A DNA stretch of 63,967 nucleotides, filler included, from Polymyxa betae A26-41 (lineage: Eukaryota > Protista > Endomyxa: Phytomyxea): the NCBI GenBank assembly GCA_003693705.1. It is 9 parts of 9 records of this genome, joined end to end, with 100 filler letters (N's around TTAATTAATTAA, not from the genome) between each part and the next. Parts side by side here need not be neighbours in the genome. Positions count along the whole stretch, not along the records: positions 35,015 to 43,031 come from RBZT01000894.1; positions 43,132 to 45,630 come from RBZT01000915.1; positions 45,731 to 49,382 come from RBZT01000966.1; 6 more parts are not named here. One strand, given 5' to 3'. This document shows, in pieces, positions 37,452-49,482 of the stretch. Position 1 is the first letter of the stretch, and each line of letters begins with the position of its first letter. The notes under the pieces are model-generated. The model was not told where the DNA came from, did not search any database, and saw nothing but the letters and a program-made list of their open reading frames with translations. Made by a program: the position numbers and the translations under genes.

Positions 37452-38930
37452 CTAATGATTTTTCTTGCTTCTGAAGACTCTTGGCGTAAACCCTCTATTT
37501 TGGCCACGATTGAGCCATGGGATACTGTCGATTTTGGCTGACAGATCTGGCATGGCGTTTTGCAATCTCATCTCGGTCGGATCAAATGAATCCAAATTTC
37601 TCTGTACAGGCTGCTGGAATTCGCGAAACGGCACCGATTGAAAAACAGGCAATGCGAACAAGGCATCATTGGGGAACTTCTCTATCAGAACAGCAGCATC
37701 CTGAAGAATGACATTTCGGAGATACTGTAACAGTCGTAAAAAGCCTTGAACAGCTAGAGTCTTCTCATAATCCTCGACATCGTTCAAATAGTCTTCAATA
37801 AATGGGAATACTTGGCGCTGAAGCAGTTCGCTGGGCTCTGTTTTTGCTCGCTTCAAATAATACTGCCCCGATTGAGGCGGAAATCCAGCCATCGTTCGGA
37901 TAACGGCACGAGGTAAAGCCGATAAATAACATCCAGCTAATGCTTGAGCATTCCAACGCCCTAAACGGCGTATATCTGCTTCTTCGGCACCACCAAGTTC
38001 TACCATACGCGCGCCTGATCCACGTGCAACATGCGTTTTGGCTTTAGTGGTGATTCCCAAAGATGTGAAACGTTCCCTGATACCATTTAAGTGGGTCTGG
38101 TACGTAATTTCTGAGGATGGTCCTTTCCTTCCGGGTATCAGTTTCAGATCAAACCAATGCCTATTTGTGGTTATGTTCGGAGCTGGAACAAGATCCAGAT
38201 GCCAAAGCCGCAAGAAATAATATCCAAGACAGCCAATGGCACAGACTTCTTGATTCTTATGCCGAATACACGCTCCAAGTTCTTTCCGGCCAAATTGATT
38301 TGTTTTGCTTTGATCTCAATACAATCAAGGTTTTGCACGGCGTATAACCTTCATTTTCCAAATCCTGTGCGAAGAAGTCAGCAAGCTCACATCGTCGGAC
38401 GCTTTCGCCTCTTAACAGGCAGAAATGGCAAAGCAAGAACATGAGCTTGTTCCTTACACCCGATAAGCTATTTGAGATGTAAAATGGCTGCATATTCTCC
38501 GCAGCTCTTCAATGGTGGTGCATCTTGTAACGTGCCAACGCCTCGATCAGAGAAGTTTGCTCTGTTGAGGGCGTTCGTAGCATTGCAAGCAAATCGGAAG
38601 AGATGTTTCAATGCAGGACAGTCACGAGGGTGAGGATTCGAGTTTGTATTCAGGTACTTCTGTTGGTTGTATAAATCAATGCATGCGGCTCCATAAGCTT
38701 TCAACGACGAGTATCCAATAACGGCACCTCTTTGTCGTTTGTTCGGTCTGTTCATCACAGTCCTGAGGATAGAATGGACTTTAGGTCCAGTAACTGTGAC
38801 GCCATCAATGAAGCGCTGCTGCTCCATCCATTGATGAACTCGCGCTGCTTTGACCAGTAAGCCTTGTTGGTTGCAACTGATCTTGCTCAAGATATATCAA
38901 CCTCAGCGTTCATGTCATCAGAGAGCATCT
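37452..38930 (-). mobile_element. Crypton (CryptonF/Ndc10-like) tyrosine-recombinase DNA transposon, frameshifted
   Basis: AACIDLYNQQ...NPHPR...DRGVGTLQD; LLRGESVR; RHKNQEVCAIG; KTHVARGSGARM; RRLGRWN...GCYLSALP; MAGF...YYLKRA. This covers the catalytic R, HxxR, W and Y positions. Confidence 0.88.
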
Positions 38931-39399
38931 CAGACATTCTTATCAATCGAATGCAACTGTGCGTAAGGCGCAGGTTTTGAATCCGTCAAATTTTGTTAAT
39001 GGATATCTCGCGTGGATCACAAAAACACTGGGTCACTGGGTCATGGACCCTATAGTGCGTAGTGTATATAACCCTTGTTTACCGATGTTTGGATTGCCTA
39101 GATGCAAATTGAATTCGCAATGTGAACGTGTAATCCTATTATAATCAAGCTGACCCAAATCGGTTATATAATGCTCTTGGTTACGAAAACCCTCTTGGTC
39201 TTCCTCAACGTTTTCATCAAAAATATTCGCAACGTTGATCCAGAGCTCATCCCGCTTCTGATTAATCCCTTTTATAGGATCCTGGGAAATATCAATCCAA
39301 GCCGAACATAGTCGCCGATCCTCATAGGAGCTGAAAGCGTGGGGGCATTTCGATGAAATTCTACGAAAACGAGTAGAAACAGAGCCAAAACTTTTCGAA

Positions 39400-39698
39400 A
39401 TTGTTTATTACGCATGCAGGAATCCATGCGTTCAACTTCAAGCATGCATTCACCTGCGTTACGAGCGCACGAAGAAACGCACCGGTGAGAGATGAGTTCG
39501 CCAATCACGCATGGAATCGCGCAACCCCGGTACCTGCTCTCCTACAAGTGTGTGTTTTCATGCGCCCAAATGGCGCAGCATGATTTCGTGCGTTATATTT
39601 GGCGCATGAATTCCTCATGCGTTTGATAAAACTTTCAAATTTTTCTCTACCGTTTGATGCGGGACTTTGTACCCTGCGGGCCTTTGTACCCTTTAGTG
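39400..39698 (-). mobile_element. CACTA-type terminus with subterminal repeats
   Basis: TAGTG at 39694-39698 (CACTA on the minus strand) is preceded by TGCGGGxCTTTGTACCC x2 and many CATGCG/CGCATG motifs. Confidence 0.55.
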
Positions 39699-39943
39699 TA
39701 GATAGGTGTATATTTTATAATATTTCCTTTTCCGAGGACATTTTTTTGCGTAAATGCGATATCTGCGTAGGCCGCGTCAAGCCGAGTCGATTGATATAGA
39801 GATTGTCAACCTTTGTCTTTTTCTGTGATGGTGAGGGGCCTCCATCAACACCAGCCAGGCGAGGTCATCGACATCGTTGTCAGGGGCGCAGTCCTAGACA
39901 GCGACCAACAAAGGCCCCGCCACCACCAGACGTCACTCCAGTA

Positions 39944-41829
39944 CCGTAATTCCTCCCGGAATAACCCCTTTGCCCAAATAGCCCCCAAAGGTGCACATTT
40001 TTATTGCGCACGTTACGGAGTTTCAGCATCTTTATCGTCGGTGCAAAGAGAAGAAAAATGTCGCAAGCCAACGCTGAGATCGTTGGCCTTCGAAAGCCTG
40101 AGAGTGGGCGCTCGTATGTGCTGCCTGAGGCCTGTGGGGTGGTAGTCGGTGTCGGCACGCTGTTGCGGTTCAAATTCACCGTCATTGAGAATAACTGTTC
40201 CAATTTTTTTCTATAAAAATTAACCCCTGCAGTTTACACGATCCTCTTAACTAGGGAATGGTTTAATCGAAGAAGCGGTGGCCGCCCATGCAGTAATCAA
40301 CGAATGGCGTCGTGCGTGCTCCTGGATGCAATTCCTTTATTAGAATAAAAAACACAGTCACTGCTGTGAGGCAGCCTTAATTCCCACATGGTTCCATATG
40401 TTAACAATTGCGGCAGTCGATACCTGGCTCCAGGCATATAATGCCCAGTGTGCGATGTCCTGCCGACGAGGTTTCTCATTCGGCGCTAACCGATTGATGA
40501 GAAGCTCGGTATGCTTCTGTTGAAAGTGGAAATTAAACGATCGGTTCATACCTACATCAAGAACCTGCAGCTTCCAGGTATAACCAGCCACAATGACTTC
40601 GGCCTGAAAACAATGTCACGGTAACTAAATGTACATTTTTGCATATACTTCGGTCCCAAGTTCGGCAAGCTTGTCGATTACGGTGGATTCCAGATGAGCC
40701 GAAAAGCTGTCTAGCAGCAAATAGGAGGCACGAGTTTGTCGAGCCATAATCCAAGGTTGCCAAACCCGTTTAATCCATTCATGCATGATTTCTACATCCA
40801 TCCAAGCGTTCTTCTGCACATTCATGACAATACCTCCAGGGTATCCGCGACTGACGAAGTCACTGACCACCTCACGATGGTTTTTTCCCTTGCGTATTCC
40901 CTTGAAGACGAGGAAAACCGGAAGCTTCTCGCCCGTTAACGTGACCCCAAGAAGAGCGGTGGCACGCCCGGAGGAGCCGTTTCCGGTCACAGCAACGCTT
41001 CGCCGGCCACGACGACACAAAGTCTTTTTGGCCGGAAGATCAAACTGAAGGTATGTTTCGTCGATATTGACCACGAATTCTGGTGGAATTGCCATCATTG
41101 TGATATGATCATTGACAGCAGCAACAGAATCATTAATGATGGTAGCCTCGTGTCTCGTGTTCTGGGAGACATGGGTTGCACGCCTCTGTACAAACCCTTC
41201 TCTCTCGACAAACCGATAAATTCGTTGCCTCAGAGCCCAATCATTGCCGGCACAAAAAGATGGCTGGAATCTATAGATAAAATGAATTTATTCTTATAAT
41301 CCTATCCTAATAATCGTAAAAACAAAAAAGCCATTACCGACGAACTTCATGAAAAAGCATCGTTCCAGTGACAGCATGGTCTCGCAGCCGTATTTGATCA
41401 ATAAAGTCTCGAAGATGATCCCAAACATCTTGGCCCTCTACGATGGCTTGAATGGAAGACAGCGGCCGGTGCATCCTGGCCCGACGGTCGATGTCATCGC
41501 TGATGTTTAGCAGCTTCTTCCATCTCTTGATATTTCGCCAATCGACGCCATACTTCTTTCCTGTTTGATACAGCGCCCCAGGCCGTTCAAATGCTTCATT
41601 GACAATGGCTATTTTCTCTCCGATTGTAAAACGACAGATATTGCAACCCATGGTAAAATGATGATATGCAATCCGCACATGGTTCGAATCGTCGCAACCC
41701 GCGCCGTTTTTTGGCGCCGTTTTCAGACGATTTTATGCAAATAAAGAATTTATTTCTAGCCCAAATAACCCCATACTTACAGAAAAAAGGCCGCGCTCTG
41801 CACATTAGTAGGGGTTATTTCGGCAACGG
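39944..41829 (-). mobile_element. pogo-superfamily DNA transposon (DD35D); two-intron transposase 41651->40358
   Basis: HTH RFTIGEKIAIV...YGVDWRNIKRWKK; VNIDET; LLLDSFSAH-35aa-LQVLD. Ends TA|CCGT...AATAACCCCT and AGGGGTTATT...ACGG|TA are imperfect TIRs. Confidence 0.88.
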
Positions 41830-41890
41830 TAGAAGCTTCCACAGAATTGACACTGAGATTCAGGTTTCCACGGACTTTCCTGCTAGTAGC

Positions 41891-43031
41891 TGTACTGTAT
41901 AACATTCTTAGAACTTCCCAGCGAGTATATAAAGGCCTCTCCAGGCCAGAATCCCTTCATTCCGATAATCTCCTTTCATAAACAACATCATTGACTTCGC
42001 TTCGTCTCCTGTCTCGAACTCTCCGATAGTGTCTGCCCTGACAATCGTTGGAGTTGCGTCTGGCGATTCATGCCGATACTGTGAGAGCCACTCAGTTTGT
42101 GGGCAGTGTATCAATATATATTTTCTCTCTAAGTAGAAATAAAAAGTGCGCTAATAGAAGGAAGTGCGCAACTCGCGCAGTATCTAGAAGAATGTCTCCA
42201 TTGTCAAAAGCCCAGGACTACAAGCTGGAAAGGCCAGATTCACGTTCCGACGGAAGCTGCGTCACGGACTGCGAGATACCGAGACTACCCTGGCCCTGAC
42301 TAGCTGTCGAAATACAGATTGCATTTACAGCACTGTTACAAAAGTCTGTCTCTTTAGTAGAAAGTGCTATAAAGCTAGCTTTAATGGCGAACACTACATC
42401 ACCAAAATCCAGATCTTGAAGATCCACACGGAGCAGTAAATCAACGGACAACAAACAAAGCGAGCTGAACCACGCCGTCAGAGCAGCTGAGGAAGTACCT
42501 GATGATTCCAGCTCAAATTCTACAAGTATTGAAGAACAAGCTGTCAAGAAAAAGATCAGCACGATGGCTTTTGAAGTTAACAAAGCCCCAAGACTCGAGG
42601 AAGCCGATCGCCAGGACCTGGTGAAGTTTTTGGACGAGTACAAGCGATATCTAGAAGTTTTTGAAGAGGCTGGAGCGGATGGGATGGAGCCTCGCTCACT
42701 GAAGACCATGATTAAGCCAAGTTTGCTGAAGGCCATTTGGCGATACGAACTTGAAGGCAATGACCCGTCAGAAGTGACGGCATCTGCTTTATACAGTTGG
42801 ATGAAATCCCAAATTGAACGGGATCGGACAGACGGCGCCGATATGGCCAAAGAGATGAGGAAACTCAGAATGAAGACTGAAGGAACCCCGTTGGGACGAG
42901 TACTCTCCCTACAGTCCGACTTCATGGACATTGTAACGAAGTTCGGGTGGGTAGACTCTTTCAAAGGCCGAGATGGACGCAAGCTCGAAGTAAAATTTTA
43001 TCTTGAGGCAGTACGGCCATTTAAGCTGCGA
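41891..43031 (+). mobile_element. Gypsy-type LTR retrotransposon 5' end: putative LTR (~41891-42179) and gag
   Basis: TG...CA block containing TATATAAAGG and AATAAA. Gag-like ORF KAPRLEEADRQDLVKFLDEYKRY...SLKTMIKPSLL...KLRM...RVLSLQSDF...LEAVRPFKLR runs into the linker. Confidence 0.7.
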
Positions 43032-43131
43032 NNNNNNNNNNNNNNNNNNNNNNNNNNNNNNNNNNNNNNNNNNNNTTAATTAATTAANNNNNNNNNNNNN
43101 NNNNNNNNNNNNNNNNNNNNNNNNNNNNNNN

Positions 43132-45630
43132 GCGGTCGCTTCCAGCCGTCAGAACCCTGTACCTTCAAAAGGCTGTCAAGATCCCGTGCTGGTTTCCCAG
43201 CTTTCAGTATAATCGCGGCTATATCTCACAGCCAGCTTTCGTTGCCTTGCGCAAAAATTTCGCCATTATTTTGCTATGTGTCCATAGAGCGTCGTTAAAG
43301 TTTTGTATTTTAGCTGCTTTGTATTTTGCTCGATGCTTAGATAGCGAGCGTTTCAGTTTTGAGCATTTGATTAATAGGTGCTCGAGTGTTTCGCGCTTGT
43401 TTAAGCAGAATCGCCATTTATCGTCTGATTCAATGGTCAAATTCTTTAGATGGGCTTTACATCTGGTGTGACCAGTACGTGCTCTATTTAATAGAGGTCT
43501 GTTGTGTTGAATTTTTATAAATATTCTCTGGGGTCGTGTTTGCACAAGATATTTATCGATGATGAATGGATATCTCTGTGGATAATCATTAAATTGACTC
43601 AATTTAACATTAGTCTCGAGGTATCTCTGTAGTCTAGCTCGGGTATGTTTCTTCAAATGTAAACGATATGAGCTTAGTAAAGGATCGTGTTGGGTTGGGT
43701 CCCCAGCTTGTGCGGCCTCCTTTGCTAATTCGTCGATAGTGTTGCTTTCCGGGATCGCCGGCTCTGTATGACTAGGAACGAAGTGCAGTTCCACAGTGTT
43801 ATTCCGGGCCAGTTTGGCAAGGTTCTTTGCACAGTCCTTGACAACTGCGTGGACATATTGTCGTTTATATGGGAGTGTTGCAAGCTGTTGTAAACAGGAT
43901 AGAGTCGCTAAAGATGTGAATTTTCTGATTCTTCGGCCGTAGCCATTTGTAAACGTTTGCGATTCCATACTGGAGGTCAATGATTTCTGTCTCATAGCTT
44001 GATGTAGCGTCTGGGATGAGAATTCTTTCACAGACCTCGATTGAGGAAGTAACGTTATTGGTTTCCGGGTCGATAGAGTGAGTTATGAGGTGTGTGGAAC
44101 CTGTTGGGAAATCCGGGCCATACAGATTATCTTGTTTTACAATGCATCGCGCTTTATAAGCTGCACCGCAATATATCTCATCTGTATCTTCGTCTCTAGT
44201 TAGACCACCATCAGTCCAGAGGGTTATTCCGTCGCATTCTGAAATTAATGTTCCGGCTTTGTATTTGTTCAGAGCTTCTTCCTTTGTACTCAAATGAAAG
44301 ATGCATTGACTCATATCTTCGAGTAATATTGTGGGAATGATCTCCTGTGTATGAATGTGTATCTGTCCGTTTTCGATGTATTGTTTAGGGATGCGATAAT
44401 CAAAAGCGGCCTGAGCTATTCCAAACGGGGTCCAGTTCTCTCCATAGCCGTCCCAATTTTCGAAATCTTTTCTATCAAATTGCTACGCGAAATGGCTGTA
44501 AGAATCGCCATGGCTGTGTCTGTTCTGATTCTATCGGTGAATAGAGGGAATTTGGACATTGAATGCAGTAGGGATTTGGGAGTTGATTTCATGCAGCCAG
44601 TATACGCTCTCATGTATTCATTATAAGCAGATTGTAAGGGCTTCATAATGGCTGAATTGTGCATTTCAGCCTCAATCCATGTTGTGTAATAGTTGAGTTT
44701 GCCTCCGATGAAAGAGTGACATAATTGTTGAAAAATCTTTTGGCTAATCCGGTATTTGCGCAACGCTTTGAGCGCTGCACATCGTTTCATAATCTCTTGT
44801 GCAGGTTAGTGTAACGTTATTTGAAAGGTGGAGTGTGACTGGACCTTGTTTGCAATCAGTTCGGCCCCCAAATATTTGATCGATTCCGCAGTTTTGATTG
44901 TATTTGTGGATGTTGTGACTTGATTTGACGGATGACTCTCATTGAATAGTACGTATGTTTTATCTGTGTTTATCTTAATTTTGTTTTGATGGCACCAAGA
45001 TTCCATGCTTTCAAACTGCAGTTTTAATCCATTTGTAACTTCATCTTTTGTTGGCTCTGAGACCCAGCCTACTGTATCGTCTACGTATATATTGGAGTTG
45101 CTTTCGGGAAGCGGCATGTCATAGACGAAAATTAGCCACAGTAAAACGCTTAAGCTGGATCCTTGAGGGATTCCATTTTGTTGCCGCCTGAGTCTGGTAT
45201 CAGCGATCTGTTCAGCAGTTTCTTTGATATCTGTGGTGACGTTTTGTGCCTTTTGAGCCTTTTTATTAAGGGAGGGGTCCATTTGTTTTATGAGTCTATA
45301 AACTTGAGCACCAGTTAAGTCTTTACATGCAGCGCGGAATCTGGCGATGATATTTTGTTTTCGTGCTTTGGCGGATGCTTTCGCAAAGATTTTTCGTTTC
45401 TCCTTGTATTTTATAACTCGTTGGGATAGTTGATGTCCGCTTCTACGAGCTAGTCTGATCTGCTTTCTTGCTCGGTTTCTGTCCCGTCGTGCCTTAGATA
45501 ATTCGTCAGTCCAGAAAGCTATTGGACGATGCTTCGTTATTTTATATGTGATGGCTTCGCTCAAGGTCGAATTTACTTTGCTTAAATCGACAGATTCTGA
45601 ATATATGAGTAGAAATATGATCCGTATGGT
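43132..45630 (-). mobile_element. Non-LTR retrotransposon (I-group-like LINE: RT + RNase H + CCHC), internally deleted and frameshifted
   Basis: GIPQGSSLSVLLWLIFVYD...IYVDDT; IKYLG; RNase H LWTDGG, SSYETEI, IFSDS, FVPSH...DELAKEA; RARTGH...FC...ETLEHLLIKC. Confidence 0.9.
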
Positions 45631-45730
45631 NNNNNNNNNNNNNNNNNNNNNNNNNNNNNNNNNNNNNNNNNNNNTTAATTAATTAANNNNNNNNNNNNNN
45701 NNNNNNNNNNNNNNNNNNNNNNNNNNNNNN

Positions 45731-48700
45731 GTGTCAGGCATGGGAATAGTATTGGGACCCGAATAGGAATACTGGACCTATGATGTAAGATGATTTCTAT
45801 AGAAAGATGTTGAGACAGGTCTTCGATGGAGAGAATGGCACCATCATTAATACGAACTCCAGGATCTGATAGCTTACGATCCAGGTAACCAACGTTTCCA
45901 TCATCGTTGTCATCATGATCAAGATGATCATCCTCAGAGCCAATGAAGTTACTATGCTCATATTATTGCAGAAATTCACTATGCAAATGAAGCCGTACTC
46001 GCGATTAACAACATCGATTGAGGGTTCATTTAGACTCAGTGCTCCATGACATATCTCCTACAAATGGAACGTTAGTTATGAAACTAATGAAAATATGACC
46101 AAAAATGGACTAAAATTGGGCAGCATCCAGTACATAATTATTGCGATATGAAGATCAGCGAGGACCAAACCTTGAAGAATCGTCGCAGAGTGATGGCGTT
46201 AGTATCAATGACCAGAACGGCCTGGCTGCGATTACAAACATAACATTTGGAATTAGGTGGATCCAGTGGCTGTGGTTGTAATATTCGAGGCCCGTAACGT
46301 TTAATCCATGTAGTTCTACATTGTGACACGTTACCAGTAAGAACCTGGACAGGTAACGTTACCAAATGCGGATTTGAAAAATACTGATACTAAAGCAAAT
46401 GACACAATCGCATGGTGAAACAAAGTCCAGTAGAACAAGAAACCGTAAACTGAGAGAGGTCACAAATAACTGATTAAATGGATCAAGAGAGAAACAGAAC
46501 AGCACTGAGAACAGAGAAGGGTTTAAGAGTACAGCACTATGTATCAGTGTGGATCGATAGAAAAGGCATTGATGAAGGAATCATGAAAACCATCGAAACA
46601 TTTAGGCTCAAATGAAGGATGACAAAGTGCAATAAACCTTGATAGCTTCAACGACCATAAGGCCAGCAGCGATAGCATTTGTAGTAGCAATGGCATGAAC
46701 AATATTGCCTGAAGAGAGATGCTTACATAATCAACATATTGGATATAGCAATATATTACCCGCAATGCCTTTGATATTAAATCTTGATTGCATATCAATA
46801 TGAAAGCAGTGCATACGAAGGTTTGCTAAATTTGATACACAGTTCATTAACAGATCATCATCCTTTTCAAACTCTATCTCTCTGTAACAAGTCATGTCAA
46901 TAAAAAACACTTTGGAATCACAGCACAACAATAAGACGAAGTATAACATTGTCAAAAAATTTCCAGAGTAATCCTGGAAGCGGTCATCAGAAGAGAGCCA
47001 GCGCAAATGGGCAGAAGGCGAAAAGAATCGGCTTGAAAAAGGCAAGACTATAGGTCTGGTCTAAAACAAACCAACCCAACAAATGCAAAGGATGCTCTAT
47101 GTATGTATGTATAAAGTATCCAGTTCAGCAGAGATACTTTATAGAATGAAAAGCTCAAACCAGAAGGGAGACCAAACGATTACTGAAGACAAATCCCGGT
47201 TTTGAAACAAATATGAAATGAAATAAATTGAGTTATGCTAGCAATAATAAAGAGAAGATACTCTTGCATACCCAATCAGCTGATGGCGTTGCTCAATAAT
47301 TTGTATCAATGTCTCTATGAGACCTCGAGCACATTCAGACACAGAACGAACTTGTTGATCCCATAGACCGGAATCAGTACGACCATGATCTATAGAGTGG
47401 AAACGGTGTAGTTAGTACATGAATGAGATGAAAGGCTGACAAAATCACCAACTTTCCTGGTTGCAGATAGCTTCGGTCTGGGCCAGTATTTCCTCCAAAT
47501 CTAATGGTACAGGAGCAGGACGGGTACGCCAACGTTCTTTCACAGCCGCAGCCTAAAGATATGTTATATTGAAAGAAAGAAGCTATCAGGAATAAATTCT
47601 GCATATTTTCGAACCTAAATACTAACCTGAATGATATCTTTGTAGAAGAGTTGATGGAATATAGCACGGGCTTGATCAGTAGCAGAACACTGAAACAAAG
47701 ATCGCGTCCAATGCTCCTTGGCGTCATGCTGATCCTGGACAGCATCATCATTATCGGCTCTATGATCCAGCATGATATTATCGGGATCATTGCGTCCGAA
47801 CAGCATGTTTAGCACAAACCTAGACGGGGGACCAGTACGGCCGCAATCAGCATGGAGATGATATAAGTGTGGATTAATAGACAGACTTAGCCCAGACGAC
47901 GCAATGAACAGGTTGATCAGGCGTGTTTCGAATTGTGCAGACCGCGAAGGTCTTCGGGACGTCCTGGATCTAGGTATCAGAATTCCCATTACAATGAAAT
48001 AAATATGACAACATACACGAGGCTGACATTCGAAACATTCGGTTAGACTTTTACGTATTGTTGTTACTTGACCAAGATATCCCTAAATCAATTTTAACTG
48101 CGACTTCAATACTCAATAAAGAATTATTATTGAGTGGTAACAATTAGAACATATCATTTGGTAATACTAACAGATTGTGTTCAAGGACAAGCTCAAATTG
48201 GAAAAATAATCTACAGCTATTTGTATATTTCAACAAATCAAGACAGTGTTTTGCATATTGGAACTGAATAACATAATCACAAGAATTGCATTCAATCTAC
48301 TTCAATAAACTAGAACGATATCAATATATAAACCTGTAATTACCTGAGTTCCACTCTCAATCAGTGGTATATCGAGGGCCAAACATAACCGATTAACATG
48401 ACGTCGTGCATCAACATTATCCAACGCGTTCATAACCAAATCAAACTGTTCTATAGGCAGTATCAACAATAATCATGGTATTGGTCCAGTACGTACTAAA
48501 GAAGGCGGCTCCGAATTTGTCATCCTTAATATTGGCATGGTGCGATTTAATCATCACTTTTGGGTTAAATTTGAGTGCTGCATCACGAGCGACCTGATCT
48601 TGCATTAATAAAAACGATACTACCAGATTATTGGGAGATTGATTGTGATCGCAATCAACATCAATAAAGAAGATACCAATCATAATTCAAGGTTGCTAGT

Positions 48701-49273
48701 TAGCATTGAAATGATATCAAAGATCGGAACAGATCGGAGAGGGTCAAAATCAAGATCACCGAACGAACGGAGCCCAGTATGACATAAATTCTGTAATACT
48801 GAAACATTTTAACAGTAAAGCTGAATACAGCAAACTAGTTGAATGTGACAACATCATTGATCAACTGAATGAATGTATAACTAGAAAAACAATAATGGAG
48901 ACCACAGAAGCACATTGATATATGATATACATACATGAGCTTTAGACATAGAGACATGAGATCGTCTGAATAAGAACTGACGATTTAAATTAGAGATATC
49001 AATAGTATCAAGATCAATCTATAACATATAGAGAAGCTTATCAGATTGGGTTATGGTGTTCCCTTATCAATAACCTACAAGATCGATATTCTTGAATGAC
49101 GTCAAGACCAAGTTCTTGAGCAGCTCACATCCTATACCACCAGCTCCTACAACAAGAATACGACTTGATGAAACGGCCGAACTCTGCTCTTCGCTCAACA
49201 TCCTTCCCAGAATGGTGTCGTGATATGCGCCGCAGAAGATCGATGTAGTGAATGAAGAGTCCCTCAATATCAT
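45731..49273 (-). CDS. UBA2: SUMO-activating enzyme subunit 2 (multi-exon; 3' end truncated by linker)
   Basis: [17 protein letters not shown]; [17 protein letters not shown]; [16 protein letters not shown]; CFECQP; catalytic CTIRNTP; AGNI|[10 protein letters not shown]; PPNSKCYVC. Confidence 0.93.
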
Positions 49274-49482
49274 CTAATTATCATGAGATTATATATTTAT
49301 TCATACATAATGTACATAGGTAGTAAATAATGAATAATAAATCTGTGATCATGATGGTCAGGCAAATTGTATCGTCGTCAGANNNNNNNNNNNNNNNNNN
49401 NNNNNNNNNNNNNNNNNNNNNNNNNNTTAATTAATTAANNNNNNNNNNNNNNNNNNNNNNNNNNNNNNNNNNNNNNNNNNNN

